This document shows positions 1-13,039 of a DNA stretch of 64,000 nt, piece by piece. The translations under genes and the position numbers were made by a program. Numbering within the stretch: position 1 is the first letter of the stretch; each line of letters begins with the position of its first letter. Under the pieces are notes generated by a model that had not been told where the DNA came from, did no database searches, and saw only the letters and a list, made by a program, of their open reading frames with translations. The stretch is from Octopus vulgaris (taxonomy: Eukaryota), in contig OX597826.1 of NCBI GenBank assembly GCA_951406725.2, forward strand, positions 72,664,001 to 72,728,000, in the 5' to 3' direction.

Positions 1-330
1 CTGCCTCTCTGGTTTTGAAAGTTGTGTTAGGATGTTTGGATAAACATTGAAGACATCATCTCTATTCTATTGGTTTCCACAAACAATATGGCAAAGTGCT
101 ACTGGAAGACTGTACGGATTTGCTTGGAATCAGATAGCACATGTCTGTTCCAGTTACTCACTGCCTTCACCATAGCTCCTAATTGATGGATTTGTTCCTC
201 CTCCACTCAACTCTTCCCTATAACTTTGTTAAAGCTAATGGATGCTGCTATAATTTTCCTCTTTAACTAGATGTACTTCGCCAATTTCCATTTAATTAGT
301 TTGCTAATCTGGTCTCTGAAATCTTTCCAT
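1..330 (-). mobile_element. possible old LINE (L1/Tx1-like) ORF2 remnant
   Basis: Minus-strand translation near 75-140 gives ...DSKQIRTVFQ*HFAILF, resembling the L1/Tx1 ORF2 linker. It is heavily decayed. Confidence 0.3.
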
Positions 331-1404
331 GTTGAGAGAGATGTATTCAACTTTCAGAAACTGAGTCCTTGTCTATTGGTCTTTTCTATTGTCTTCATAA
401 ATAAGGAATGGAGGCTTTATGACTGTATTATTGTGTAATAATTATTGTGCTATATTCATAGTTAATGATACTAAAACATCTGTACAACTCTGATGTTCCC
501 CTGGCAAACATTTGGTGTAGTGACTAAGTACTGCACTATAATTTGAAAATACTGCCATTAGTCCCGTGATGTTGAATTCCTCAAGTTTCTGCGTAGTTCA
601 TGTTTTCTATAAAAATAAGTGTGATAGACTGCACTTGGGCACCATTTAAAACATCTGACTTATTCAAAACATCTCTAAAAATATGAAATTCTCCTGAAAG
701 CTAATCATAAGCCTAAATATATGTGTACAACAAAGTACTGCAATGACTCATCCTAATTAAAGCAGAATTTGTTCGTAATTTAACTACATTTCAAAGCAGT
801 AATCACAGGTTCCCAGATGTGTGTGCATCAATGCATCTCTGTAACTGTTATCCAAGATAAGAGTGAGTTGAGTGGAATCTGTATAGGGCTTTTCTTCTTC
901 TTCTTCTTCTTATAAAAAAAAAAAGGCAAAATACTGTTTTAATCTAAAATCTCAGATTCCATTGACTGAAGGTCTGATGAATAAGTTGTATGCCTTATGT
1001 CATTCATTAATATAGTTTTGTTTTCTAACTGACGATGGTAAATGTCTTTGCAATAAAATATTTACGTTAATGGCTCTAATTTCTTGTCCCAATACTTTTA
1101 TGCAGGAATATGTTTCCTGGCTTGGCAACTTCTCATTTGAAATCAGATTTGTTTTCTTTAAGTTGCTTTGTTGGAGAACTTGCCTAGGGCAGAATTCGAA
1201 CCAAAGGCTTTGAGATACCAATACCCTTCACTAAATTCTCTGTTCACAAACCTGTTCATTCATTGATGTAGTGTTTATTTAATCATTCCTGCTGGACTGG
1301 ATGGATTCATATAACGAGTTTAAATATAAAGAAAGCTTCCAAATTTGTCACTGGCAAAAATATATTCAAGATCTCTTATTTCAGGACCAACTTAACTAGT
1401 CTAG

Positions 1405-1570
1405 TTGTTGTTGTTTAGTCTCAAAACAGCTCTAATATGATGAGGTAAAGACATTCAAACTGTGATCACCTTGTCTTTGTTTAAGGTATCCAGGACTGCA
1501 TTATCTTGGATACGTGTTTCCTTCCATTTTTTAGGCAATAGGCAATGATTTTAGAGAGATTTGACTTCCA
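1405..1570. mobile_element. dispersed ~200-bp repeat (SINE-like family 'E'); related copies ~2400-2570, 20670-20880, 21290-21480 (inverted), 23095-23290, 28040-28290, 30965-31160, 35485-35670
   Basis: The motifs 'gcagacctatgatcaaaggcattccagctgtgaccatc' and 'gatttgagggagatttggctgctatttctagcagg' recur in many degenerate copies. Confidence 0.65.
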
Positions 1571-3276
1571 TAATTCTGAGGTGGCAGTTGTAACTTGGTT
1601 TCATCAGATATTCTGCAGGTGCCACCTTAGCTGTGTTACATGTTTTCACATGAGAGCCTTTACCTTGTGTGCCTCCTTCTCTCTTCTGAAGCCATGGCAT
1701 TGATTCATTCTCTTAACAAATATTTCATTTTGACTACATCCCTCTCTTATTCTTGGAGCCAAATAGAAACTGTGATTGTTTCACAAACCATGATGATTTA
1801 TAGAATCAGTGTTTGTAGTTTTGTTGTCAGATAATGCTAGCCTATCCCATAGAATTTCCTTAGAAAATCCTGCCACCCACTACCTAGCTAGATAAAGTGA
1901 AATCTTTCTGTAAGACATACTAAAAACATTAGTAATGGCATCATCTGATGGAAGTATGAACCAATTATAGATTTAATGATATTGTTGCTCTTGGAAGCAG
2001 TTTGCAAGTTGACCATGTTAAGATTTTTTTTATAATTTTGAGTTATTTTTTGTTTTGTTTTGTTTTTTCTCAAACACAAGCAGGAAAGCTTGACAATATT
2101 TAGTGAACCTCAGCAGGTTTTGAGCTGTTAAAGCAACCTACAACCTACACAAAACTTGAAAACGTCTTCAAATTGCTGGAATTCAGTTTATTGAATTAAC
2201 TGGACACCACCGTCAAAATATTCAGCCATATCACATCAGTACTTGTTAAGGTCATCTCTACAGATATTCTATAGAAATTATGACCAGCACTGATTTTCGT
2301 TTTGACGTTTCATATCCGAGACAATATGTCAGATGTAAACAAACAAGGCATTAGTATCACATCAGTATCTCCCTTCCCAATGTCACCATTGAACAGTAGG
2401 GTTTTTGCTCCGGGTCTGTCTTGTCTGGGCAGACCTATGACCAAAGGTATTTCAGCTATGACATATCTCATCCATCTTTCAGGCTATCTTGGATTATATT
2501 ATTCAATGTCTGTTTTCCTTTTCAAAATAGCATGGTGTGGTTTGAGAGAGCTTTAGTTGCTGTTTCTTCAGTCCCCATCCCACTCACACATCATGTATGT
2601 ATATAAAAAAATGTCTGGCATAACCATTGTATTCTTCCGGGCAAAATTTCCTAACTAAAATAGAATAAACTTTGATAAATTTTCTTTTCATTTTCTTCTC
2701 ATCTCAGTCTTCAAAGCTTTTATAATTATTTTCAAAAATGTTCCTATCTGAATCTTACCATTACTTAGACAATCGGTGTATTTGTTATTCTGTCTCCTGT
2801 ACCTGGGTACCGCCAAAATAACAGCATGTCTGAACAGTCAGTGTCCTAGTGACCCAGCTGACAATGTGATAGGGGATGCTTTCTTCTACTAAGCAATGAA
2901 TCAAAAATTAACCAATCAGAGCAAAGGAATAAACATGAGATAAGCAAGAACAGTTGCCATTGGTGGCAGTATTATCACATTCCTGACACTTTATTCAGTT
3001 TCTTTTTGTGGGAAAGGAAGCTGACCATATGGTGATAATATATAACATTGCTGGCTACTGTCTTGAGGTCATTTCATGCTAATGGGGGTTTTATCTCAGG
3101 AGATAAGAACAGCTGTAGTAAATGTCTTGTGAGGCTGGGTGTATATATAATATATAATTTATTGTTGCTGAACAGCTAACAACAAAGGGAAATGAACTGA
3201 TATAAAGAGTATGGGTATGGCAGAGAATAAAATTATATACTACAACTTTTTCAACACGTGTGTGCATGCGCACACG

Positions 3277-3326
<50 letters not shown>

Positions 3327-3360
3327 TGCACACACAGAGTATAACTCATTTAGTGGTGTG

Positions 3361-3560
3361 TGGCACGCTGGGCGAAATACTTAGCGGTATTTTGTCTGCC
3401 GTTACGTTCTGAGTTCAAATTCCGCTGAGGTCGACTTTGCCTTTCATCCTTTCAGGGTCGATTAAATAAGTACCAGTTACGCACTAGGGTCGATGTAATT
3501 GACTTAATCCCTTTGTCTGTCCTTGTTGTTCCTTCTGTGTTTAGCCCCTTGTGGGTAGTA
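3361..3560 (+). mobile_element. tRNA-derived SINE, family B (central 'gcctttcatcctttcggggtcgataaa' domain)
   Basis: B-box-like GAGTTCAAATTCC followed by the central domain. Dozens of related copies occur in the window. Confidence 0.85.
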
Positions 3561-3561
3561 T

Positions 3562-3993
3562 ATCATCATCATAATTTTAACAGTCATTTTCTTTTCCATG
3601 CTTGCATGGGCCAGGCAGAATTTGTCGAGGTAGATTTTTTTATAGCCAGATGCCCTTCCGGTTGTTAATCGTCATCTGTTTTCCAAGCGAGGTGATACTT
3701 CTTCATGGTTGGACCTGTTACCTTGGAAGATTGGAAATGAAGGGCACTGCCTGTATGTTGCTGGCGTTCCTTTACAGCTGTTGTACCAGATTGCAACATA
3801 TAGACACGCACACATGCGCATCTTCCCATACACACACACGACTGACTTTTTTCCATTTCTGTCTACCAAATCCCACTTAGGAAGCTTTGGTTGGCCTGGG
3901 GCTATAGTAGAAAACACTTCCCCAAGGTGCTCCGCAGTGTGACTGGACTTGAAACAGCATGGTTGGGTAACAAGCTTCTAAACCATATAGCCA
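3562..3993 (-). mobile_element. SINE with tRNA/CORE-type head and RTE-like (GAT)n tail
   Basis: The head (3840-3993) is homologous to the family A head. It is followed by a CA tract, a body and a ...GCATGGAAAAG...TTAAA...GATGATGA tail. A + strand counterpart lies at ~56905-57365. Confidence 0.75.
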
Positions 3994-4215
3994 CGTGTGT
4001 GTGTGTGCATCTTTGTGTCTGTGTTTGTCCACTTGACAACCGGTGTTGGTGTGTTTACATCCCCATGACTTAGTAGTTCAGTAAAAGAGACCAATAGACT
4101 AAGTACCTGGCTTTTAAAAAGTATGTACTGGGGTCAATACATTCGACTAAAAACTCTTCAAGGTTGTGCCCCAGTATGACCAGTCTAATGACTGAAAAAA
4201 GTGAAAGATAAAAGA

Positions 4216-4575
4216 TAGGGTGACACAAAAGTCAATTTCCATTTTAGATTTAAACCCTCATGTTTCTTTTTTCTTTGGATTTATCTTAAAGACAGTTTAT
4301 ATTAACAAGAGTCAAACACTCCAGGAACTGAAGAATAATATTTAAGAGGAAATTAGGATCATTGGAGCCAAATTAGTTATGAACTGACTTGGAACATTGC
4401 CTAGAAAAGGTTTAACTGCAAAGTTGAAAATGGCAGGCATTTGTGGAATGTTATATTTCACAATTCTAAGTAATTTTCAAGGTTTAAAATAAATATATTT
4501 AAAGGAGAAATCTCTTGATCTTGTTATGAAGTGAATTTAACTTTTAAAATAGAAAGTGATTTTTGTACCACCCTC
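4216..4575 (+). mobile_element. internally deleted Tc1/mariner-superfamily element (MITE-like) retaining the transposase C-terminus
   Basis: Imperfect ~33-bp TIRs: AGGGTGACACAAAAGTCAATTTCCATTTTA at the left and TAAAATAGAAAGTGATTTTTGTACCACCCT at the right. The interior reads DLNP..FLWIYLKD..NKSQTLQELKNNI with frameshifts, like the PDLNPCDFFLWGYLK motif. Confidence 0.7.
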
Positions 4576-4684
4576 TGTGTGTCCGTCCGTCCGTGTCCCC
4601 CAAAAGGATCAAAACTCTTTCCCAAGCCATAGGCTAATAAGTTTTTTGGAATTAGTGGTGTATTTATTCTAGCCCTGGATGAGA

Positions 4685-5959
4685 TGCTGGTCTGTTGACC
4701 AGTCTGGGATGGAGGGGTAGCAGTTTTTCATTCATTTTGGCAATTTCATGACAATATGTTTCTGCAGTAATGGTTTTTCCGGGTTTTAAGAAGTTATAGT
4801 GGATAGGCGCAGGAGTGGCTGTGTGGTAAGTAGCTTGCTTACCAACCACATTGTTCCGGGTTCAGTCCCACTGCGTGGCATCTTGGGCAAGTGTCTTCTG
4901 CTATAGCCTCGGGCCGACCAGTGCCTTGTGATTGGATTTGGTAGACGGAAACTGAAAGAAGCCTGTCGTATATATGTATATATATATATATATGTATGTA
5001 TGTATGTGCATATGTTTGTGTGTCTGTGTTTGTCCTCCTAGCATTGCTTGACAACTGATGCTGGTGTGTTTACGTCCCCGTCACTTAGCGGTTCGGCAAA
5101 AGACACCGATAGAATAAGTACTGGGCTTACAAAGAATAAGTCCCGGGGTCGATTTGCTTGACTAAAGGCGGTGCTCCAGCATGGCCACAGTCAAATGACT
5201 GAAACAAGTAAGAGAGTAAAAGAGAAAGGCCAGCAGTACACCACCGAACAGTCACCATAACCTTTTTGAAGAACTTGGGTTTAGGGAAGGTTTTTGGTGC
5301 TTCATTTTGGTCCAACCACAGCTAGTTACAATACGGTTGAGAAACGGATTGGTCTGGTTACAGAGAAGAAGCGATGAGCAAATTTCACATCCGCACATTT
5401 TCTATTTTCATTCAAATTGTGTGGTACCCATTTGAAGAGTTTTTTGATTTTCTGGTCACATGCAAATGGTCGAAGGCAGTTTTCTGGCTAACTTGAAGTT
5501 CTTTTGCCAGTTCTCGAGTGGTTTTACATGGATCTTTCTCAATGATGGTCTTTAATTGACCATCATTGATGACAGATGGGCTTCCACTATGCTCATGAGC
5601 TTCAAGGCTCAGGTCTCCACTGTGAAATCGTTTAAACCATTTTCAAGCTGACCACTCATCGGTCATTTCCTCACCTTATGTTTCATTGATATTGTGAGAA
5701 GTTTCAGCTGCTTCATGTCCTTTTTGGAAGTTGAATAGCAAAATTGCTTGAATATCATGCTTTGATAGTTCCATTTCAAATGATTGTAACAACGGTGTAA
5801 AAAATATCAATGTTAATTTATTGATGCATTTAGGCAAGCCCATGTCTGTATTATAAGACAGTTGCAAAGAAATGTTTTAAATAAATTCAAAACTCTGCAA
5901 AAATCCTGTACAAATTCTTCACAGTTCAAAATGTTGCTTACATTTTACTCAACCTGATA
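4685..5959 (-). mobile_element. decayed mariner (Hsmar1/cecropia-like) transposon, 3'-truncated and split by a SINE
   Basis: A mariner-like TIR TATCAGGTTGAGTAAAATGTAAGCAAC ends at a TA near 5959. ATG at 5774 begins MELSKHDIQAILLFNFQKGHEAAETSHNINE. WVPHNL (the WVPHEL motif) is at ~5410-5430. KKVMVTVRWCTAGL|IHYNFLKPGKTITAETYCHEI spans the SINE. Stops and frameshifts are present. Confidence 0.92.
4806..5225 (+). mobile_element. tRNA-derived CORE-type SINE, family A (octopus OR-like), full length, inserted in the mariner ORF
   Basis: GGCGCAGGAGTGGCTGTGTGGTAAG (A-box), GGTTCAGTCCC (B-box), CORE-like TTGGGCAAGTG, an internal TA/TG microsatellite and an (AAGAGT) tail. Confidence 0.92.
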
Positions 5960-6495
5960 TATATGTGTGTATGTATATATGTATGATTATATGTATATAT
6001 GTGTATATATATATATGTATCATCATCATCATCGTTTAACGATGATGATGATGATGATGATACATATATGTGCATTTATATATATATGTATTTATATATA
6101 TATGTGTGTATGTGTATATATGTGTGTATATATATATGTGTGTGTGTATGTGTGTATATACATATATATATATGTATGTATGTATATATATATGTGTGTG
6201 TATATACATATATATATATATGTATGTATATATATGTGTATATACATATATGTATGTATGTATATATATGTGTATATACATATATGTATGTATATATATG
6301 TGTATATACATATATATATATGTATGTATGTATATATATGTGTATATATACGATGATGATGATATAAACGATGATGATGATGATGATGATGATGATATAC
6401 ATATATATATGTATATATGTATGTATATATGTGTGTAACTATTTATTTATTTTTCCGTGTTAATTGTTAACAAGGTAAAAATACACTCATCTATT

Positions 6496-6530
<35 letters not shown>

Positions 6531-6960
6531 GTGTATATACAAATATATGTGTGTATATGTATGTATGTATATATGTGTGTATATACATATATATATATAT
6601 GTATATGTATGTATATATATGTGTATATACAAATATATGTGTGTATATATGTATATGTATGTATGTATATATATGTGTATATACAAATATATGTGTGTTT
6701 ATATGTATATGTATGTATACATATATATGTATGTATATATGTGTGTGTATGTATATGTATGTATACATATATATGTATGTATATATGTGTGTATGTATAT
6801 GTATGTATACATATATGTATATGTATGTATACATATATATGTATGTATATATGTGTGTATGTATATGTATGTATACATATATATATATGTATGTATATAT
6901 ATATGTGTGTATATTTATGTATATATACATATACGTATGTATATGTGTGTATATATATAA
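5960..6960. repeat. ~1-kb compound TA/TG/CA microsatellite with higher-order units and embedded (GAT)n/(CAT)n
   Basis: Directly visible. It accounts for all the Y/I/M/C/V/H/T ORFs at 5967-7060. Confidence 0.97.
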
Positions 6961-7278
6961 AAACCTTTTTCTGGAGCATATAAATTGTAGGATGGGTGTT
7001 ATTTGTTGTTTGTATATAAAAAAAAGTTTGCACTGGGTGGAATACATTAATTTGTTATGAGGAAGAGGGTGTAGCTTAGCATTAAATTCTTCAGATTCTG
7101 CTGTGTCATTTAGATGTATACAACCTTGTAAAGTTATAAAATAACAGCCCAGTCCTTAGGAAGGGCATGAATGTCACAACATTATCTAGTTGTAAATCTG
7201 TATGTGTTTTTGTTTCACAAAAACAAGCTAATCAATAAATACTTTAGCTTAAGCAAGTGTGTGACTCTATGGTTTAGT

Positions 7279-7535
7279 CATCATCATCATTTAGCGTCCG
7301 CTTTCCCTGCTAGCATGGGTTGGACGGTTCAACTGGGGTCTGGGAAGCCAGAAGGCTGCACCAGGCCCAGTCTGATCTGGCAGTGTTTCTACGGCTGGAT
7401 GCCCTTCCTAACGCCAACCACTCCGTGAGTGTAGTGGGTGCTTTTTACGTGCCACCAGCACAGGTGCCAGACGGGGCTTGCAAACGGCCACTGTCAGATG
7501 ATGCTTTTTACGTGCCACCGGCATGGGAGCCAGTC
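7279..7535 (-). mobile_element. 5'-truncated RTE LINE 3' end; other copies ~29451-29646(+), 34235-34286(+), 46715-46897(+), 51120-51395(+), 62836-63268(+), 63611-63905(-)
   Basis: Conserved terminus CCAACCCATGCTAGCATGGAAAGCGGACGCTAAA(TGA)n and 'ggcacgtaaaaagcacc' subrepeats. The same 3' end is joined to RTE ORF C-termini at 28.8-29 kb and 59.3 kb. Confidence 0.85.
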
Positions 7536-9564
7536 GAATGATGCATGATTGATTTTATGTGCTAGAGGAAATAGGTGTTGTGGTGGTTATGCCTTTCCTA
7601 AAGGGCTGTCAATAGCATTGTAAAAGAAGTTATTGATTTGGTTCACCAGGCCATTATTATCTTCTACTCTCTACATTAATTGCTTAACTGACTGGTCATA
7701 GAGCAAGTGGCCAAGGGGGAACTTTGCCCTTATATCCCCAAAAACTACCTTGATAGAATTGGGTTAATCAACTACAATCCATCCCTTTACTAATAGGGTC
7801 TCTTTTCGTGTATTTGAAAATGTTGATTTTGTATCTTTGCCACAAGGTCACAGATTTCTAAGGGAGTATTGCAGGTTAATTAGATTACAGTATATTACTG
7901 GTATTTTTCCTTGTCAACCCCAGTTTGATAAGATACTACTCTGGAACATCAATAGAATTTGATAAAGAAATGTAAAAATACTGCAAAAGATTTGTTGTGC
8001 CGATCTATAGTTTCTGTACTCCATTAGCTCTAAATACATTGAAATATTTGATTTGGTAGTTATATCTGAAATTCAGTCTGTTGCTATCACAGACTTAGGT
8101 CTCCTATATTCTTTTGGTGCTAGTGGTCTTTGTCTTGAGTACACTTCTTGTAAATATTTGTGTGTGTGTGTGTTCATTCACGTGTGTGTCTTGAGTTGAC
8201 CCAAAACTACAGGAAATCAAAGAATATGTTTGTGGGGTTTTTCCCAACGGTAGGTCAAACCACATAATCAACCAGTTGACTGCCTAGTTCATAGTTCTGT
8301 GGTCAGCTTTCATAAATTTGCAGCTCCAGCAAACATACTTGTAGTAAAATAGATGTTTAAAACAAAATTAAAACAATAATTAAAATTAAAATATATCACA
8401 AAAGACATATTTTCGATACAAAAAAAAAATCTGACATTTTGTGAATTCTTTTTATTAATCTTTTGTCCAATCAATATTTCATCATTTCTCTCTGAACCTC
8501 ATTGAAATGGTGGTGGTAGTGGTGGCGGCAATGGTTGTTATTAATGTTACAGTAACTGGTATGTGAATGAATCTTGCTTTCATTTTTCCCGCTGATATTT
8601 ACTTCAAAAACTTAATTTTGTAGAATATAACTTGAATAAAAACAAAGGTTCGCATATGGTGGAGTAAAACCCTATATTCGAGGAACGGGAACAATATGCA
8701 GTGTGTTTGTTTGGATTGGAATTTAGTTTGGTCAATTATATTTATGTTGATTATCAAATTGTATCGCTTATGTTCATTAAGGCTTTGCTTAATTATTATT
8801 AATGTCTCTCATTGCAAATATAAATTAGGCTATTTTAAGAATATAAATTTGGAAGTTAAGTTGGTTGAATGGTAAGTAAAGTAATCAAGTTTAATGCCTT
8901 TCTGCATTTAATTATGTCTCTCTCAGTTCAAATTCAGTCAAAAAGCAATTTGACCCTTATCCCATGTCAGTTTCTCCGTGACTTGATCATTTGGGATGAA
9001 TGGTATCCATCTATGAATGGGTGATCTGTCCAGTTGACTTGAGAGAGTTCGGATTCGCAAGGGTCATTGGCTAAGTATTTGGAATTGAATTTGGTTTACA
9101 AAGACCTCGTAACCTATGCCATGATGCTTCTCATATCAGTAATATACAGAATAAGTTCAGTTGTCTGTACATCTCTTTCATAGTCTTAAGAAACTGAATT
9201 ATTTCTATTTTGAAAGGGTAAAAAAAACCCCTAAAAAACTGAATGATTATAGCAAGTGGCTGCCAACAAAATTTGCTGGACATTGGGGAAGTAACTTCCT
9301 GAAATCTTTCCTCATTTACCTAATCAACTTTCTCTCTTACCTATCTATCAAGTTTTCCAGCTTGTCTTCAAACTAATACTTTTTCATGGATCTAGTGTTT
9401 ATCTTCAGTTTCTGTAGAGCTTGGTGGACGACAAGCAAGTCTGTTCTTCGACAAGATATTGGTCTTGTACAGTTGATTTCTCCCTTGGTGAAATTGAACT
9501 CAACACTATAGGCCAGTAAATTATTTGTTAATTTCACTGTTTATTGTAGTGATTTATATATAGA

Positions 9565-9950
9565 TGCGGGTGTGGTTGTGTGGTAAGAAGCTTGCTTCCC
9601 AACCACATGGTTCTGGGCTTAGTCCTACTGTGTGGTACCGTGGGCAAGTGTCTCCTACTACAGCCTTGGGCTGACCAAAGCTTTGTGAGTGAATTTGGCA
9701 GACAGAAACTGAAAGAAGCCCATTTTGTGTGTGTGTGTGTGTGTGTGTGTCTTTGTCCCCTACCACTGCTTGACATCTGGTGTTAGTATGTTTACCTCCC
9801 TGTAACTTAGTGGTTTAGCAAAAGAGACTGATGGAATAAGTACCGGGCTTAAATAAAAAAAAAAGTACAGGGGTTGAATCATTCAACTAAAAATTCTTCA
9901 AGGTGGTGCTGCAACATGGCCACAGTCTGAAACAAGTAAAAAAAATAAAA
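9565..9950 (+). mobile_element. family A CORE-type SINE
   Basis: Collinear with 4806-5225. Confidence 0.9.
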
Positions 9951-10286
9951 GCTATCAATCTGTGGTTCCTCTTTGCAGCCAGGTGGACTGGATGGGTGAT
10001 CATAGACACAGTACAGTGAATTACACCACTACACTCTGGTACCTACTTACTGCTACCTGGACTGGTTGACCAGAGTCATAGCATGGTACCAGTTGTAGGA
10101 TCTGAATCACCAACTCCTTTGGTAGTTGAATTCATATTATTGCTTGTCTCAGTTTATGGACTCTAAATAATAGCTTATCAAACATTCTAGACAAAGTTAC
10201 ATGGGATTAGTTATCCTAACAACCAGGGAAAATTTTATTTCATTTCACTTCTTATGTCACTTGTGTATATAACATTAGCACTTATA

Positions 10287-10640
10287 GGCGTAGGAGTGAC
10301 TGTGTGGTAAGTAGCTTGGGCAAGTGTCTTCTGCTATAACCTCTGGCCGATCAAAGCCTTGTTAGTGGATTTGGTAGACAGAAACTGAAAGAAGCCCGTC
10401 GTATATATGTATATATATGTATGTGTGTGTATATGTCTGTGTTTGTGTTTCCCCCCTCCCCCCGCCTGACAACCGATGCTGGTGTGTTTACATCCCTGTA
10501 ACTTAGCAGTTCGGCGAAAGAGACCGGTAGAATAAGTGTGAGGCTTACAAAGAATAAGCCCTGGGGTTGATTTGCTCGACTAAAGGCGGTACTCAAACAT
10601 GGCCACAGTCAAATGATTGAAACAAGTAATAGAGTAGTAG
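10287..10640 (+). mobile_element. family A CORE-type SINE (head partly deleted)
   Basis: Collinear with 4806-5225 except for a deletion after 'gtagctt'. Confidence 0.9.
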
Positions 10641-11225
10641 AGACCTAATTCATAGGCTTTAGTTTTCTTTGATTAGGGTGGACCCAAGCTTGTGTAACAT
10701 TCTCTTACTGCCATCTATTTCTTTTTTCTTTCCTATCTCAAATCTTAATCTTTAAGTGTCTTAGCCCCAAATATTTATCAGCTTAGATTAAATTTTTCCT
10801 CAGGGATGTTTGAATTCCGCCTGTTTTATTCTCACCAAACGAAAAGTTGTTCTCTTCACTTTTGTATCATATTTATCAAATTGAATTGAAATCTGATTTT
10901 TGTTTACCCTGAATTTAAATTGCAGCAAGAATTGATGTATCAATGTATTGTACCATTCAGGAAATATTGGAGTCAATTTACTTCATTGTGCCCCACCCAC
11001 TGCACCACTACATGTTTGTGGCCCTGTGCAGTTGTTACATTATTAGGGAGATGGACTGACAAAAATGTCTTGCGATATTTGAGTCAGCTTTGCTTTTACA
11101 GTCTTCTGGGCTTGATAAAATACATACTGGTCAAGTACTGGAGTTAATTTGGTCAACTGTACACTCCCCTAAAATATGCGGGTTTGTACCTGTGTTAGAA
11201 TATTATTATTGTTATTATTACTACG

Positions 11226-11440
11226 GTGGTGAGATGGCAGAATCGTTAGCACACCGGGCGAAATGCTTAGTGGCATTTCTTCTATCTTTACATTCTGAGT
11301 TCAAACTCCGCTGAAGTTGACTTTGCCTTTTATCCTTTCGGGGGTTGATAAAATAAGTACCATTTGAGAACTGGGGGTCAATATAATTGACTTCTCCATC
11401 CTCCAAAATTGCCTGGTGCCAAAATAAGAAAGGATTATTA
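11226..11440 (+). mobile_element. family B SINE
   Basis: ggcagaatcgttagcacaccgggcgaaatgcttag...gagttcaaactccgc...tcctttcgggggttgataaaataagtacc, flanked by (TTA)n. Confidence 0.88.
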
Positions 11441-11699
11441 TTAACTGCAACAACAACAACTGGAAGCAAAAAGCCATACTGTCAGACTAAACAGTTGTTT
11501 TTAGTTTCATCCTTATTTATCATGAGTTCAAATTTTGCTGGGGTTTACTTTGGCTCCCATCACCCTACAGTGATTAAAATAAATATCCACAATTTACTGG
11601 ATCATTCCCAAATCAACTATTATAGTCTTTTTTTCTTTTCCTATGTTCTATACCCATGTCTTGGTTATCTCTATTTCCAGATCTTTTTTATTTAGATAA

Positions 11700-12153
11700 A
11701 TTTTCCCATTTCTTACACTATTGTTTATTGTGACTTATGCATTCATTAAGATGTATTTTCATTCTTTGTGGTCCTTGATAATATCCAGTTGATTAATTGT
11801 GATCAAGCTGTCTCTGTGGATGGATTAGGAGATATTCCAGAGAATGCTGCATTACCATTCTCTGAGACCTTTCCTGGTGCATGTTTATACCACCTTTTTG
11901 TTGGTATCTTTTATCTTTTACTTGTTTCTGTCATTTGACTCTGGCCATGCTGGGGCACTGCCTTGAAGGGTTTAGTTGAACAAGTCAACACCAACACTTA
12001 ATTTTTTAAAGCCTGTTACTTATTCTGTTGCTTGCTGTTGCTAAGTTACGGGAACATAAACAAACCAACACTTGTTGCCAAGCGATGGTGGTGATGTTGG
12101 GGGGGACAAACACAGTTACATGGACACATGCACACACACATTCATACATATGT

Positions 12154-12188
<35 letters not shown>

Positions 12189-12790
12189 ACATGTTTCCAC
12201 ACAGTTTCCATCTACCAAATTCCCTCGCAAGGCATTGGTTGACCATAGGCTATAATAGTAGATACTGCCTCACAGTAGGACTGAACCCGAAACCGCACTG
12301 ATAACGAGTGGCCATGCCTGCACTTACTAATATTTCTTGCTCTTCCACAGTGGATATTTTATAATAGTTTTCTAGTTGCATATGATCCTTACCTCTCTGC
12401 ATTGTTTCCCTCTTACATATTGCCACTTTGTTGAGTTGATAGTATCATAACTTTTGGGTAGAGCAAAGATATTTATTACTTTAATTTTTGTCATTAGTTC
12501 TGTTGTAAGTATTAATTTAATGCATCTTTAATGTCCCTTCTTAATTTTTTCCATCACTTGTATGTTGTACTTATTGTCTAGTTTATTGATTTCTGGGTAT
12601 TTTTGAATGATCATCTTTGGTCTATGAATTCCCTCATCTGTTTCTTTACAAAGCCTGACAATAGAGCTTGAAATTAATTTTCTTCTCTTTAAGGTTGCCT
12701 TGGGTACATTCTTCTAATTCTGTGTCTTACATCAAATTTTCTAACAAATCTCTGAACTGTCTGCAGCAGTTAATTTAATTCTTATTATCT
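11700..12790 (-). mobile_element. decayed R4/Dong-like (RLE-encoding) non-LTR retrotransposon, interrupted by a family A SINE
   Basis: Frameshifted minus-strand fragments KRWYKHAPGKVSENGNAA..LW..IH..NQLDIIKDHKE resemble the RLE 'WYxHxP..ENxxxxILWD..NRPDI' motif. MEKIKKGH*RCIKLILTTEL resembles the RT C-terminal 'KEYxRRVKLILxTELN'. Confidence 0.7.
11905..12322 (-). mobile_element. family A CORE-type SINE; other minus copies ~21988-22388, 32060-32377, 32885-33345, 55705-56038; + copy ~52645-52960
   Basis: Reverse complement is collinear with 4806-5225. Confidence 0.88.
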
Positions 12791-13039
12791 GCAGCATGCA
12801 AAAGGAAGTCGTCCTTATGCAAAAGATGGTTGCTAGCCTCTCATAGCATTTGCATTGAAGTTCAGTCTGGTTTAATATGTTGGTTGAAAGTGTTAGCACC
12901 AGGCAGAAAAGCAGAGAGATTCTCCTTCAGAGGTTTCTCTTCTAATGGGAACTGGGATTAGTTTTTATAATAACCCCTTTTGTTTGTAAAATCGTTTGTC
13001 AGCTATCCATTGATGTGTTTAATATTATTATTTTGAACA

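Noticed and set aside
2977-2983. miR-1 seed match ACATTCC
   Set aside because: No evidence it lies in an mRNA 3' UTR; chance 7-mer.
3838-4215. Apparent SINE with an inverted 5' half (twin priming)
   Set aside because: The minus-strand head belongs to a complete RTE-tailed SINE (3562-3993); the + fragment is a separate insertion.
5967-7060. Many long overlapping ORFs (also at 30039-30477, 40494-41786 and 54132-55173)
   Set aside because: They are stop-free translations of TA/TG/CA/CT microsatellites in all frames.
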